Shown: piece after piece, positions 48,729-58,594 of the stretch | Position numbering within the stretch: the stretch's first letter is position 1 | How the letters are laid out: each line of letters opens with the position of its first letter | Program-made: the position numbers and the translations under genes | The notes under the pieces: generated by a model | The model's input: only the letters and a program-made list of their open reading frames with translations | What the model was told of the DNA's origin: nothing | Database searches by the model: none | NCBI GenBank assembly: GCA_035403965.1 | Contig: DAONGE010000002.1 | Location: 466 to 64,465, forward strand | Source: Candidatus Omnitrophota bacterium | GTDB lineage: Bacteria > Omnitrophota > Gorgyraeia > Tantalellales > Tantalellaceae | Length of the DNA: 64,000 nucleotides | Direction of reading: 5' to 3'

Positions 48729-49810
48729 TCGTTAAGAATCGGAGGCACATAGTGGATCGAAAGAAAGAAATGAAGGAATATATAGACAATTTTAGGGATA
48801 TGCCGGATCGGCTGCTGAAATATAACGAGATTTTACTGGAAGGAGCGGATGCTACTCCCGAGTGCTATCAAGATACGTTATCATATCGGCGCATAGCCGT
48901 AGCACTTACAACGCGATGCAACCTGAACTGCAAATGGTGCTATCGGTTGGATCCGCAATATAAGGAAATACTGAATAAAGAACTTGATTTCGATACCTAT
49001 AAAAACTTTGTAGCAAATACTAAAGGGAAGTTCAGAATGGTCCACTTTGGCGGTCTGGGCGAACCGACGTTATATCCTAAGCTGATGGACATTATTAAAC
49101 TTTCCAAAAACCTCTCGGATAAGCTCAAAATAACCACTAATTGTGCAGCGGTGAAAGAAGAAGATATTCTTGAATATGTTTCAGCCGGATTGACGCATAT
49201 TGAGATAAGCGCGGATGCTTTTGAAAAAGATAAGCTATTGGAATACAGAGGGGTTGATATTGACAATATACATCGAATCGCCAAGTTTATAAAAGAAAAA
49301 ACCCCGCTACATTTGCAGATCAACTCGGTTGTTTCTACAAAAAATTGCAAAGACCTCATTCGTATTGTTGATACGTTTGAAGATATCCCAAACCTTGATG
49401 TGTGGCATACGATCCCTCTTTTTGAGACGGCGCAGATGATATCTCAGAATATCAAACCATTAAGCATAGCGGATTATCAAGAGTTGTTGTTGTACGTTGA
49501 AAATGAAATAAAAAAGAAAGGTCTTAAGTGGAAGGTTTCTCCGAACGCACACGGCGTGCGCCTTGATCCGGTTATTGAGATGAAAAGAAGGCGGAATATA
49601 TGCTTTTCATGTTTTGAGGATCCATACATAAGCGTGACGGGACGATTAAATTATTGTTCCAGGCAGGAATATAGTTCTGTTGCGGATATTTCCGAAGGGT
49701 TCGAAAAATCCTGGAATCACCCGGAGCTTTTAAAGTTTCGTAAAGATATGCTGAATGGAAAATATCCGGAATATTGCGGAAGACTGTGTGTGCTGAAAAG
49801 GAAAAGTTGA
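48725..49810 (+). CDS. Radical SAM enzyme with C-terminal SPASM/twitch-like Cys cluster
   Basis: 361 aa; CNLNCKWC CxxxCxxC; C-terminal CFSCFED...YCSRQ...CGRLC auxiliary cluster cysteines. Confidence 0.7.
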   Translation: MIVKNRRHIVDRKKEMKEYIDNFRDMPDRLLKYNEILLEGADATPECYQDTLSYRRIAVALTTRCNLNCKWCYRLDPQYKEILNKELDFDTYKNFVANTKGKFRMVHFGGLGEPTLYPKLMDIIKLSKNLSDKLKITTNCAAVKEEDILEYVSAGLTHIEISADAFEKDKLLEYRGVDIDNIHRIAKFIKEKTPLHLQINSVVSTKNCKDLIRIVDTFEDIPNLDVWHTIPLFETAQMISQNIKPLSIADYQELLLYVENEIKKKGLKWKVSPNAHGVRLDPVIEMKRRRNICFSCFEDPYISVTGRLNYCSRQEYSSVADISEGFEKSWNHPELLKFRKDMLNGKYPEYCGRLCVLKRKS

Positions 49811-49817
49811 GGCAAAA

Positions 49818-50897
49818 ATGCAGAATATCGATCGATATAAAGTATTGCAGACTTTATCTATAAAGGATGCGATAAAAAAGATGGATGCCGGCGGGATAGG
49901 TGTGATCATATGTGTTGACGGCAATGATAATGTTGTAGGGATTGTTACAGATGGTGATTTTCGCAGAGCGGTTCTTGGCGAAGTTAGCCTGAAAAACAGG
50001 ATAAGCGACATAATGAATAAAGATTTTTTTGCCGTGCAATCGGGGTATACAAAGAGTGATGCCTTAAAAGTGTTTGAAAACCCTGTTTCGGGACACATCC
50101 CGGTATTGAAAGGGAAAAAATTGGTTGATATTTTGGTGAGAGAAAAGTTTCTTAGTTCAGAAGGCGTTGATATTTGGGATAAATCGGCGATAAAACAGTT
50201 GCAAGCCCCGGTTGTTATAATGGCCGGTGGTAAAGGGACGCGAATGGATCCTTTTACGCGTATTTTGCCAAAGGGGCTTATCCCTATCGGTGAAAAGGCG
50301 ATGGTGGAGATTATAATGGACGGCTTCGCTAAGTATGGAATAAATGACTTTTATCTAATGGTAAATCATAAAGCTGCGATATTCCGGTTATATTTTGAAG
50401 ATGCGGCTAAATCGTACACGATCTCTTTTATTGAAGAGGATAGGCCTATGGGCACAGCAGGGGCGCTTAAATACTTGGAAGGCAAGATACAGATGCCATT
50501 TTTTCTTATTAACTGTGATACGGTGATTGATACGAATTACAGTGATATCATGGATTTCCACAATGAGGGAAAGTATAAGGTTACACTGGTGGCCTGTATG
50601 CAACATCACGTAATACCGTACGGTGTCTGCGAAATAGAACAGGGCGGATGTTTGAGAAGTATTACCGAAAAACCCGAGTATGATATTTTGATCAATACGG
50701 GTATGTATGTGGTCGATCCGGATATCATTAGATTCATTCCCGCTAATTCCAAGTTTGATATGACAGATCTAATAAGTGTTCTTAAGAAAAATCGGCAGAG
50801 GATTGGTGTATATCCGGTTTCAGAAAAATCATGGAATGATATAGGCCAGTGGGATGAATATAAAAAAACAATAGAAAAGCTCAGGCAGATGTTTTAA
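49818..50897 (+). CDS. CBS-pair + sugar-phosphate nucleotidyltransferase (PtmE-like, GlcNAc-1-P guanylyltransferase candidate)
   Basis: 359 aa; two CBS motifs at the N-terminus; IMAGGKGTRM NTP-transferase G-rich loop. Confidence 0.75.
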   Translation: MQNIDRYKVLQTLSIKDAIKKMDAGGIGVIICVDGNDNVVGIVTDGDFRRAVLGEVSLKNRISDIMNKDFFAVQSGYTKSDALKVFENPVSGHIPVLKGKKLVDILVREKFLSSEGVDIWDKSAIKQLQAPVVIMAGGKGTRMDPFTRILPKGLIPIGEKAMVEIIMDGFAKYGINDFYLMVNHKAAIFRLYFEDAAKSYTISFIEEDRPMGTAGALKYLEGKIQMPFFLINCDTVIDTNYSDIMDFHNEGKYKVTLVACMQHHVIPYGVCEIEQGGCLRSITEKPEYDILINTGMYVVDPDIIRFIPANSKFDMTDLISVLKKNRQRIGVYPVSEKSWNDIGQWDEYKKTIEKLRQMF

Positions 50898-50911
50898 TAG
50901 GCGGAGGGCCA

Positions 50912-51631
50912 ATGTTCCGGGGGAAAAAAATACTTGCAATTGTGCCGGCAAGGAGCGGAAGCAAAGGGTTGCCAAACAAGAATATCAAGCTATTCTGCGG
51001 GAAACCACTTATATGCTGGACGATATCCGAGGCCAAGCGTAGTAAATATATTGATGATGTGACCGTAAGTACGGACAGCCCGCGGATAGCGGAAATATCA
51101 AAAAAAGCCGGCGCAATAGTACCTTTTTTACGCCCGCCCGAATTAGCGACTGATACAGCGTCGTCTATGGACGTGGTGTTTCATGCGATTAGTGAGTTTG
51201 AGAAAATAAACGGGCGATATGAAATCGTATTGCTTTTACAACCGACGTCGCCTTTAAGAGTATCGGAAGATATAGATAACGCCGTGGAACTGCTTATTAA
51301 ACAAAAGGCAAAAGCCATAGTTTCGTTGACGGAAGCGTTGGTGAATCCTTCGTGGGTGAATGTATTGCCAGCAAATGGGTGCATTAAAGATTTTTTGCAC
51401 TGTAGTGTCATCAATAAACGGAGACAGGTACTGCCAAAGTACTTCCAGCTTAACGGAGCGGTGTTTCTTGGTTACGCTAAATATTTGAAAGGTACAGGCA
51501 CTTTTTATACTGCTAAGACATATGCGTACATAATGCCGCGGGAAAGATCGGTGGATATAGATGATATTTTTGATTTCAAACTGGCTGAAATAATCATGAG
51601 AGAAAGAATGAAAAATAAAAGGAGAAAGTGA
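50912..51631 (+). CDS. Acylneuraminate cytidylyltransferase-family protein (CMP-nonulosonic acid synthetase, NeuA/LegF-like)
   Basis: 239 aa; ILAIVPARSGSKGLPNKNI P-loop-like motif of the CMP-NeuAc synthetase family. Confidence 0.8.
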   Translation: MFRGKKILAIVPARSGSKGLPNKNIKLFCGKPLICWTISEAKRSKYIDDVTVSTDSPRIAEISKKAGAIVPFLRPPELATDTASSMDVVFHAISEFEKINGRYEIVLLLQPTSPLRVSEDIDNAVELLIKQKAKAIVSLTEALVNPSWVNVLPANGCIKDFLHCSVINKRRQVLPKYFQLNGAVFLGYAKYLKGTGTFYTAKTYAYIMPRERSVDIDDIFDFKLAEIIMRERMKNKRRK

Positions 51632-52608
51632 TGAAAGGTATTTTAAAAGGGAAAACGGTGCTTGTTACCGGCGGTACGGGATCGTTCGGACAAAAGTTCA
51701 CACAGACTGTTCTTGCGCAGCATGCGCCCAAGAAACTTATAATTTTCAGCAGGGATGAAATGAAACAGTATGAGATGGCCAAGAAGTTCAAAAATGAGAA
51801 CATTCGTTTTTTTATAGGAGATGTGCGGGATACGGAGAGATTGTACCGTGCTTTTAACGGTGTCGATGTGGTCGTTCACGCGGCTGCTATAAAAATAGTT
51901 CCGACAGCGGAATATAATCCGTTTGAGGCGGTAAAAACTAACGTGATCGGCGCGGAAAATGTTATAAACGCTGCGATAGATAACAAAGTGAAAAAAGTCA
52001 TAGCGTTAAGTACCGATAAAGCGGCCAATCCGATAAATCTTTACGGTGCAACGAAATTATGCGCTGAAAAGATGTTCGTAGCGGCTAATAACTATTCAAC
52101 TTTAAAAGGAACCAGATTCGCCGTTGTGAGGTATGGCAATGTTTTTGGGTCCAGAGGCAGTGTTGTACCGTTTTTTAAGGAATGCCGTAAAACCGGGGTT
52201 GTTCCTATCACCGACGAAAAAATGACGAGATTCTGGATCACATTAAAACAGGGTGTCGCCTTTGTGCTGGAATGTCTTGAGGAAATGGAAGGCGGAGAGA
52301 TCTTTATCCCAAAGATACCGAGCATGAGAGTTACGGATCTGGCTAAAGCCATATGCCCCGATTGTAAACAAAAATTCATCGGGATAAGGGCGGGAGAAAA
52401 ATTGCATGAAACCCTGGTTCCTAGTGATGAATGCATGAATACTCGGGAATATGCCACACGTTTTGTTATATATCCGTATATAGTGGAGCACAGCAAAAAA
52501 GACGGTGGGAAAATAATGGGACCGGAGTTTGAAGGATATCGCAGCGATAATAACGATAAATGGCTTACTGTAAAGCAGCTCGCTGTCATGGCGGAAGAGA
52601 GAGAATGA
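51631..52608 (+). CDS. pseB: UDP-N-acetylglucosamine 4,6-dehydratase (inverting) PseB/FlaA1
   Basis: 325 aa; KTVLVTGGTGSFGQKF start and overall CapD/FlaA1-like extended SDR pattern diagnostic of PseB. Confidence 0.85.
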   Translation: MKGILKGKTVLVTGGTGSFGQKFTQTVLAQHAPKKLIIFSRDEMKQYEMAKKFKNENIRFFIGDVRDTERLYRAFNGVDVVVHAAAIKIVPTAEYNPFEAVKTNVIGAENVINAAIDNKVKKVIALSTDKAANPINLYGATKLCAEKMFVAANNYSTLKGTRFAVVRYGNVFGSRGSVVPFFKECRKTGVVPITDEKMTRFWITLKQGVAFVLECLEEMEGGEIFIPKIPSMRVTDLAKAICPDCKQKFIGIRAGEKLHETLVPSDECMNTREYATRFVIYPYIVEHSKKDGGKIMGPEFEGYRSDNNDKWLTVKQLAVMAEERE

Positions 52609-52609
52609 A

Positions 52610-53779
52610 ATGAAACGGATTCCGTACGGAAAACATAAGATAGAAGAAGACGATATTGCGTCGGTTGTACCGGTTCTGCGGGACGGCTGGATAACGCAGG
52701 GGCCTATGGTCGAAAAATTCGAAAAGGATCTTGCCGCGTATTGCGGCGCGAAATATGCCGTGGCCGTATCTAATGGGACCGCGGCTTTGCATCTTGCCCT
52801 TTTGGCGGCCGGTATAGGCAAAGGAGACGAGGTTATTACGACGCCTATAACTTTTCTTGCGACGCCGAATTCTGTATTGTATACGCAGGCTAAGCCGGTT
52901 TTTGCGGATATAAAGTCGTCTACCGTCAATATAGATCCTGACGATATCGAAAAGAAATTGACGAAAAGAACCGCGGCCATAATGCCGGTGCATTTTGCCG
53001 GACTCCCGTGTGCGATGGGGAAGATAAAAAATCTTGCAGGCAAAAAAAATATTGTAGTTATCGAAGATGCCTGTCACGCTCTGGGTGCCGGATATGTGTA
53101 TGCCGGAAAAAAAGAGAAAGTTGGGAGTTGTCGTCATTCCGACATGTGTGTTTTCAGTTTTCATCCGGTTAAGACCATAACCACCGGAGAAGGCGGGGCG
53201 ATAACTACAAATTCTGAAAAATTTTACGATAAAATGATGGCCCTGAGAAGTCATGGAAAATACAAAGATAAAAAAACGGCCGTAAAAGGGCCCTGGTATT
53301 ATGAAATGCGTGAATTGGGATATAACTACCGGATAACGGATATACAATGCGCGTTAGGGGTAAGTCAGCTTAAGAAAATTGATCGTTTTGTCTCTAAACG
53401 TAGAGAGGTGGCATCTTACTATGACGAAAGGTTTAGGGAAATAAGGGATCTGATAGAACTTCCGGATCAGGATCAAGGTGACTCGGTACATGCCAGGCAT
53501 TTGTATCTTTTGAGATTAAATCTCAAAAAACTGTCCTGTGGCAGAAAATACATATTTGAAGAGCTCGAGAGGAACGGCATAGGGGTGCAAGTGCATTATG
53601 CGCCGGTCTATAAACAGCCGTATTATCAGAAGAACGGTTATCGGGCTGTTCAATGTACGCAAGCCGAAAAATATTATGCCGGGGCGATATCGTTGCCGAT
53701 ATTTTACGATATAAGCAAAGAGGATATGACGTATGTGGCTGATACGGTTATAAAAGTGGTAAAAGCGGGATCAAAATGA
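52610..53779 (+). CDS. pseC: UDP-4-amino-4,6-dideoxy-N-acetyl-beta-L-altrosamine transaminase PseC
   Basis: 389 aa; IPYGKHKIEEDDI...GWITQGP N-terminus typical of PseC; DegT fold; immediately follows pseB. Confidence 0.85.
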   Translation: MKRIPYGKHKIEEDDIASVVPVLRDGWITQGPMVEKFEKDLAAYCGAKYAVAVSNGTAALHLALLAAGIGKGDEVITTPITFLATPNSVLYTQAKPVFADIKSSTVNIDPDDIEKKLTKRTAAIMPVHFAGLPCAMGKIKNLAGKKNIVVIEDACHALGAGYVYAGKKEKVGSCRHSDMCVFSFHPVKTITTGEGGAITTNSEKFYDKMMALRSHGKYKDKKTAVKGPWYYEMRELGYNYRITDIQCALGVSQLKKIDRFVSKRREVASYYDERFREIRDLIELPDQDQGDSVHARHLYLLRLNLKKLSCGRKYIFEELERNGIGVQVHYAPVYKQPYYQKNGYRAVQCTQAEKYYAGAISLPIFYDISKEDMTYVADTVIKVVKAGSK

Positions 53780-54696
53780 CCAAGAAAAAAGCGAAGGCTC
53801 CTTTTTTAACATTAGGAACGGCGCAGTTAGGGTTTGATTACGGCGTAGCCAACAAGTCTGGAGTCCCGGCGGAAAAAGAGGCATTGCGCATACTTGACGA
53901 AGCGTGGAAATGCGGGATACGCAGTTTCGATACAGCATCGGATTATGGGAGGAGCGAAAGGATCATAGGGGTTTTTATAAGGGAACGCGCCGTGAGTAAA
54001 GAGATTATAGTCGCTTCTAAGCTCCCAAGAGTAAAAGCTCCGACCGGAAGCTCCGAGGAAAAAATATACAAAATAGTCAAGAATCACATGGAAAGATCGT
54101 TGAAGGTGTTAGGTCTGGACAAAATGCCGTTGTATCTTATGCATAATGCGGCCGATATGACCTCTTACGGTGGAAAGGTATTTCGGAGCTTGATACGCCT
54201 CAAGGAGGAAGGATTGATAGGGACTGTTGGAGTGTCGATATATCATCCCTCGGAAGCGATAACGGCGCTGAAAAAAAAGGATATCGATGTGGTTCAACTG
54301 CCGATTAATTTGTTTGATCAGCGTTTTGTCAGGAAATCGCTTGTTAAAAAACTTTGTGATAGCGGGAAGAGTGTGTTTGCGAGAAGTGTATTTTTGCAGG
54401 GGCTGTTCTTCCTTGAGGAAAAGGAAGTTCCAAAAAAATTATTTCCGGCCGTGAAGTATTTAAGAAAACTGAGAGAGATGTCGCTTGCCGAAAAAATGGC
54501 GATTGATGATATCGCCATGCGTTTCGTTTTGTCCGTTCCAGGTGTTGCCAGTGTGATCGTAGGGGCGGAATCGGTGGCGCAGGTAAAAAGGAATGCCGCT
54601 ATGGGAGGGAAAGTTCTCTCTAGAAAAATCGGTAAAAAAATAACGGTCTGTTTCAAAAATGTACCACGCAAAATAATGCTTCCGTATATGTGGTGA
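53776..54696 (+). CDS. Aldo/keto reductase family oxidoreductase
   Basis: 306 aa; LGTAQLG..YG, FDTASDYG, AKR TIM-barrel signatures. Confidence 0.8.
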   Translation: MTKKKAKAPFLTLGTAQLGFDYGVANKSGVPAEKEALRILDEAWKCGIRSFDTASDYGRSERIIGVFIRERAVSKEIIVASKLPRVKAPTGSSEEKIYKIVKNHMERSLKVLGLDKMPLYLMHNAADMTSYGGKVFRSLIRLKEEGLIGTVGVSIYHPSEAITALKKKDIDVVQLPINLFDQRFVRKSLVKKLCDSGKSVFARSVFLQGLFFLEEKEVPKKLFPAVKYLRKLREMSLAEKMAIDDIAMRFVLSVPGVASVIVGAESVAQVKRNAAMGGKVLSRKIGKKITVCFKNVPRKIMLPYMW

Positions 54697-54709
54697 AAAA
54701 GGAGCGACA

Positions 54710-55498
54710 ATGACTATACAGGAATTGTTCGGGCTAAAAGGAAAAACGGCGGTTGTTACCGGCGGGACGGGGAATCTAGGCAGGTCGATGTGCGAAGTGT
54801 TGGCGGCGGCCGGGGCCAAAGTGATCGTAACCGGGAGGAATGAAAAAAAATGCCGCGAAGAAGCAGCCCGTCTTAACGGACTATACAATACGGATTGTTG
54901 CGGGTATAAGATGGATATCTCGGATATGAAAGACATAAAGAACGGCATGAAGAAAGCGGCCGGTAAAAAAGGCCGCATAGATATTCTTGTGAACAACGCG
55001 GTTTATTGCGAAATGGGAAATCCTGAAAGTATGACAGAAGAAGAATGGGCCTATGGGGTTGACGGCACGCTGAATTCTGCGTACAGATGTTTGAAGGCGG
55101 TGATCCCGTATATGGGTAATGGCTCAAAGATAGTTAATATATCGTCTATGTATGGAATGATTTCTCCGGACATGAGGATATACAGAGAGCATCCTGATTT
55201 TTTCAGCCCGCCGAATTACGGAGCGGCTAAAGCAGGGATAATTCAGCTTACAAAATATTTCGCAGTATATCTTGCCGCAAAGGGTATCGGGGTTAATTGT
55301 TTAACTCCGGGGTCATTCCCATCTAAAGAGGTCAGGAAGAGCAAAGGGTTTATAAAAGAACTGACAAAAAAGATCCCGATCGGAAGAGTCGGTGAACCGC
55401 ATGAACTCGGAGGTGCGGTTTTGTTCCTGTCTTCCGGGGCGTCTTCTTACGTTACAGGTCAGAATATTATAGTAGACGGCGGATGGACAATCTGGTGA
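54710..55498 (+). CDS. Short-chain dehydrogenase/reductase (SDR, classical)
   Basis: 262 aa; TGGTGNLG cofactor motif; NNAV; catalytic YGAAK. Confidence 0.85.
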   Translation: MTIQELFGLKGKTAVVTGGTGNLGRSMCEVLAAAGAKVIVTGRNEKKCREEAARLNGLYNTDCCGYKMDISDMKDIKNGMKKAAGKKGRIDILVNNAVYCEMGNPESMTEEEWAYGVDGTLNSAYRCLKAVIPYMGNGSKIVNISSMYGMISPDMRIYREHPDFFSPPNYGAAKAGIIQLTKYFAVYLAAKGIGVNCLTPGSFPSKEVRKSKGFIKELTKKIPIGRVGEPHELGGAVLFLSSGASSYVTGQNIIVDGGWTIW

Positions 55499-55508
55499 TA
55501 GGCGGTAA

Positions 55509-56231
55509 ATGATGGTAGGGGCTATAATACAGGCGCGTATTTCTTCGGAAAGACTTCCGGGAAAGGTCATGATGGATCTCCCGTACGGGACGGGTATTAC
55601 CGTTGTGGAGAATATAGTCTCGCGTATAAAAGGTGTTAAAAAAATAGAAAAAATAATACTTGCGACCACCGTACGTAAGGAAGACGATGCGCTAGAGAGG
55701 CTGTCTCGCAAATTGGGCATAAAATGTTTTAGAGGTGATAGGGATAATGTTTTGTCGCGTTTTATCGGGGCTTGTTCAAAATATGGCATAGGTACGGCGT
55801 TAAGACTTACAGCTGATAACCCGTGTATCGATCCGTCGGTTATAAAAAAGGTTCTGGATAATCATATAAGAAATACAGCTGAGTATACGTTGACCAGCGG
55901 GTATCCTCTTGGGACCAATATCGAAATAGTATCATTTGAAGCATTGAAAAAAGTAGAAAAAATGGCTTCCGACAAGTTTTCCCTGGAGCATGTGACGTCA
56001 TACATAAACGAACATCCGGATAGATTTAAAATTATAAAATTGAGCGCCGAAAAGCGTTTAAGGATGCCGCAGTTAAGATTTACTATGGATACGATGGCAG
56101 ATTATATATTTTTATGTTGTCTGTTCGGTCTCTCCGGGAAAAAAAATTTCGGGATAAAGGACAGTATAGATATTGTAAAGAAGAATAAGTATTTGACTAT
56201 GATAAATAAAGACATAAAACAACGAAGCTAA
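55509..56231 (+). CDS. pseF: Pseudaminic acid cytidylyltransferase PseF-like (SpsF/CMP-sugar synthetase family)
   Basis: 240 aa; GAIIQARISSERLPGKV N-terminal motif of PseF/SpsF-type cytidylyltransferases. Confidence 0.7.
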   Translation: MMVGAIIQARISSERLPGKVMMDLPYGTGITVVENIVSRIKGVKKIEKIILATTVRKEDDALERLSRKLGIKCFRGDRDNVLSRFIGACSKYGIGTALRLTADNPCIDPSVIKKVLDNHIRNTAEYTLTSGYPLGTNIEIVSFEALKKVEKMASDKFSLEHVTSYINEHPDRFKIIKLSAEKRLRMPQLRFTMDTMADYIFLCCLFGLSGKKNFGIKDSIDIVKKNKYLTMINKDIKQRS

Positions 56232-56243
56232 TGCAGGGGTCTG

Positions 56244-57230
56244 ATGGCGAAAAAAGTACTTATTATTACGGAAACGGGGACAAATATCGGATTGGGGCAC
56301 CTGTCAAGATGTTTTGGTTTATATGAAGCGCTTGAGGCCGTGGGTGCGGTGCCTGAGATAATACTGAAACTCGACGGCGCTTTTGAAATATCTTTTGAAG
56401 ACAAAAATATTAAAGTGCTCGACTGGTGGGAAGAGAATAATATAAACCGGATCGATAATAGCGGGTACGGGGCTGTGGTGCTTGATTCGTATAACGCCAC
56501 TCCTGGGATTTATGAGTATATGATGGGAGCCGACTTTCCGGTGTTTTTTGATGACATGGGATCGCGATATGAGAAAGGGACGGTGATAAACGGTGCCGTT
56601 AAAGCCGAGACATTGGATTATCCACAGAGGGGAAATGTCTCATATTTGCTCGGGACAAAATATCTTTGTTTGCGAAAAGTTTTTTGGGATATTGCGGACA
56701 AGAAAAACAAAAAGGATGTCGGTAATATTCTTGTGGCTTTAGGAGGCGGAGATCCACGGGGCATAACAAGGATTGTTTTGGAGGCAATCTCGGAAAATTT
56801 TCCTACGATCAGCAAAAATATCGTTCTTGGGAAAGGATCCGCAGGGTATGATGTTGAGAAATATGTTACTGGAAAAGACAAGGTGTTCCAATCCCTTTCC
56901 GGAACGGCTATGAAAAGGCTGGAAGAGAACGCGGATATATGTATCTGCGGCATGGGACAGACTTTGTATGAATGTGCATGCGTGGGTACCGGTGCGATAA
57001 GTATAGCGATGTCGGATAATCAGAGATATGACGTCGATAGGTGGCGGGATGTAGGATTTATGGAGTATGCCGGTATGTGGTCGGACGGGGATCTTACGGA
57101 AAAGTTGATCGGTAAGATAACCTTTCTTTTGGATAAAACAGAGCGAGAGCGAAGATCTTGCATCGGGAAAAAACTTGTGGACGGGCAAGGATCTTCCAGG
57201 GTCGCCGGATATATTGTCGAAAGAATATGA
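56244..57230 (+). CDS. pseG: UDP-2,4-diacetamido-2,4,6-trideoxy-beta-L-altropyranose hydrolase PseG-like
   Basis: 328 aa; VLIITETGTNIGLGHLSRC N-terminus (GT-B MurG-like, GxGHxxR) characteristic of PseG; lies between pseF and pseI. Confidence 0.65.
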   Translation: MAKKVLIITETGTNIGLGHLSRCFGLYEALEAVGAVPEIILKLDGAFEISFEDKNIKVLDWWEENNINRIDNSGYGAVVLDSYNATPGIYEYMMGADFPVFFDDMGSRYEKGTVINGAVKAETLDYPQRGNVSYLLGTKYLCLRKVFWDIADKKNKKDVGNILVALGGGDPRGITRIVLEAISENFPTISKNIVLGKGSAGYDVEKYVTGKDKVFQSLSGTAMKRLEENADICICGMGQTLYECACVGTGAISIAMSDNQRYDVDRWRDVGFMEYAGMWSDGDLTEKLIGKITFLLDKTERERRSCIGKKLVDGQGSSRVAGYIVERI

Positions 57231-57239
57231 AAGGTACGA

Positions 57240-58574
57240 ATGAAATATCAGGAAATGTTGGATAAAAAAATAGAAACGATGAGCATGGGCGAATTGTCGC
57301 AAAAAATAGAAAAGCCTCTTTTGAGTAGGCAGATCAAAAGGGTTTTTGAGAATTCTGTTTTTTATAGGGATAAATTCAAAAAAAACGGAATCAATAAAAA
57401 ATATTTTACTAGCGGGAAAATATCCATTCATGATCTGCCATTTACCGAAAAGGCCGAGATAATCGAGGATCAAAGAACAAATGCACCGTTTGGAAATTTG
57501 CTAGCCGTTCCGGCCGATAAAATTATAAGGATACACCGGACATCCGGATATTCCGGAAGGCCTGTTCTTATCGCGTTGACGGCTAACGATATAAAGGATA
57601 CGCATGAAGCCGGGGCGAGGATGTTCTGGTGTGCCGGAGTAAGGCCGGATGATATTGTTGTTCATTGTTTGAACTATTGTCTATGGATAGGAGGAATAAC
57701 CGATCATCTTTCTCTGGAAGCGGTTGGCGCTACGGTGATCCCTTATGGCGTGGGCAATACAAAAAAACTACTGGAACTTATGATACAACTGTCTCCGACG
57801 GCCATTTCATGTACGCCGTCATATTTGCGTAGGCTTGAACAAGTTTTGGCTGAAGAATTCAGGATGAAACCAAATGAATTGGGTATAAAGAAAGGCGTAT
57901 TCGGCGGTGAGGCCGGTATTCAAGATCCTGTCATAAGGAACAGTATAGAAAAAAAATGGGATATGCGTGCGATAGACGCAAATTATGGGGTTTCTGATGT
58001 TTTAAGCGCTTTTGGCTCGGAATGTGATGTACGTAACGGTCTTCACTACCATGCTCAGGGTATAGTACTTCCGGAACTTATTGATCCGGTAACCGGGGAA
58101 AAGCTTGAGATCAAAGCCGGGCAGACCGGTGAAATGGTATATACGAATCTGAAACGGGAGGCCCAGCCTCTTATCAGATTCAGAACGCGTGATACTGTGG
58201 AGATCGTGCATGTAGGAAAATGCCCATGCGGACGATCAGGTTTCAGATTCAAAGTTTTGGGACGAAGCGACGATATGCTGGTAGTGAAAGGGATAAATGT
58301 TTTTCCAGCGGCTATCCAGACGGTTTTGTTACGGTATCCGGAAGAACTGAACGGTGAATTTGAAATTGTCCTTTCCGGGAAACCTCCGTATGAGAGTCTT
58401 TCCGTCAAAGTTGAAATAAGAAAGGATATGAAACCGTGCGATGCCAGGCGCCTTAAGTGTAAAATAGAGAACGACATCAAAGAAGAACTTACCGTAAAGA
58501 CAGTCATTGAGCTTGTGCGGGAAAACAGCATTCCGAGAGAGGGAGATAAGGTAAAGCGTATCAGAAGAATTTAG
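57240..58574 (+). CDS. Phenylacetate-CoA ligase-like (PaaK/CapK/F390 synthetase family) adenylate-forming enzyme
   Basis: 444 aa; PaaK-type N-terminal domain and truncated ANL core (TSGYSGRPV P-loop analogue). Confidence 0.65.
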   Translation: MKYQEMLDKKIETMSMGELSQKIEKPLLSRQIKRVFENSVFYRDKFKKNGINKKYFTSGKISIHDLPFTEKAEIIEDQRTNAPFGNLLAVPADKIIRIHRTSGYSGRPVLIALTANDIKDTHEAGARMFWCAGVRPDDIVVHCLNYCLWIGGITDHLSLEAVGATVIPYGVGNTKKLLELMIQLSPTAISCTPSYLRRLEQVLAEEFRMKPNELGIKKGVFGGEAGIQDPVIRNSIEKKWDMRAIDANYGVSDVLSAFGSECDVRNGLHYHAQGIVLPELIDPVTGEKLEIKAGQTGEMVYTNLKREAQPLIRFRTRDTVEIVHVGKCPCGRSGFRFKVLGRSDDMLVVKGINVFPAAIQTVLLRYPEELNGEFEIVLSGKPPYESLSVKVEIRKDMKPCDARRLKCKIENDIKEELTVKTVIELVRENSIPREGDKVKRIRRI

Positions 58575-58594
58575 GTAAAGGCAAAGGGGATAAT

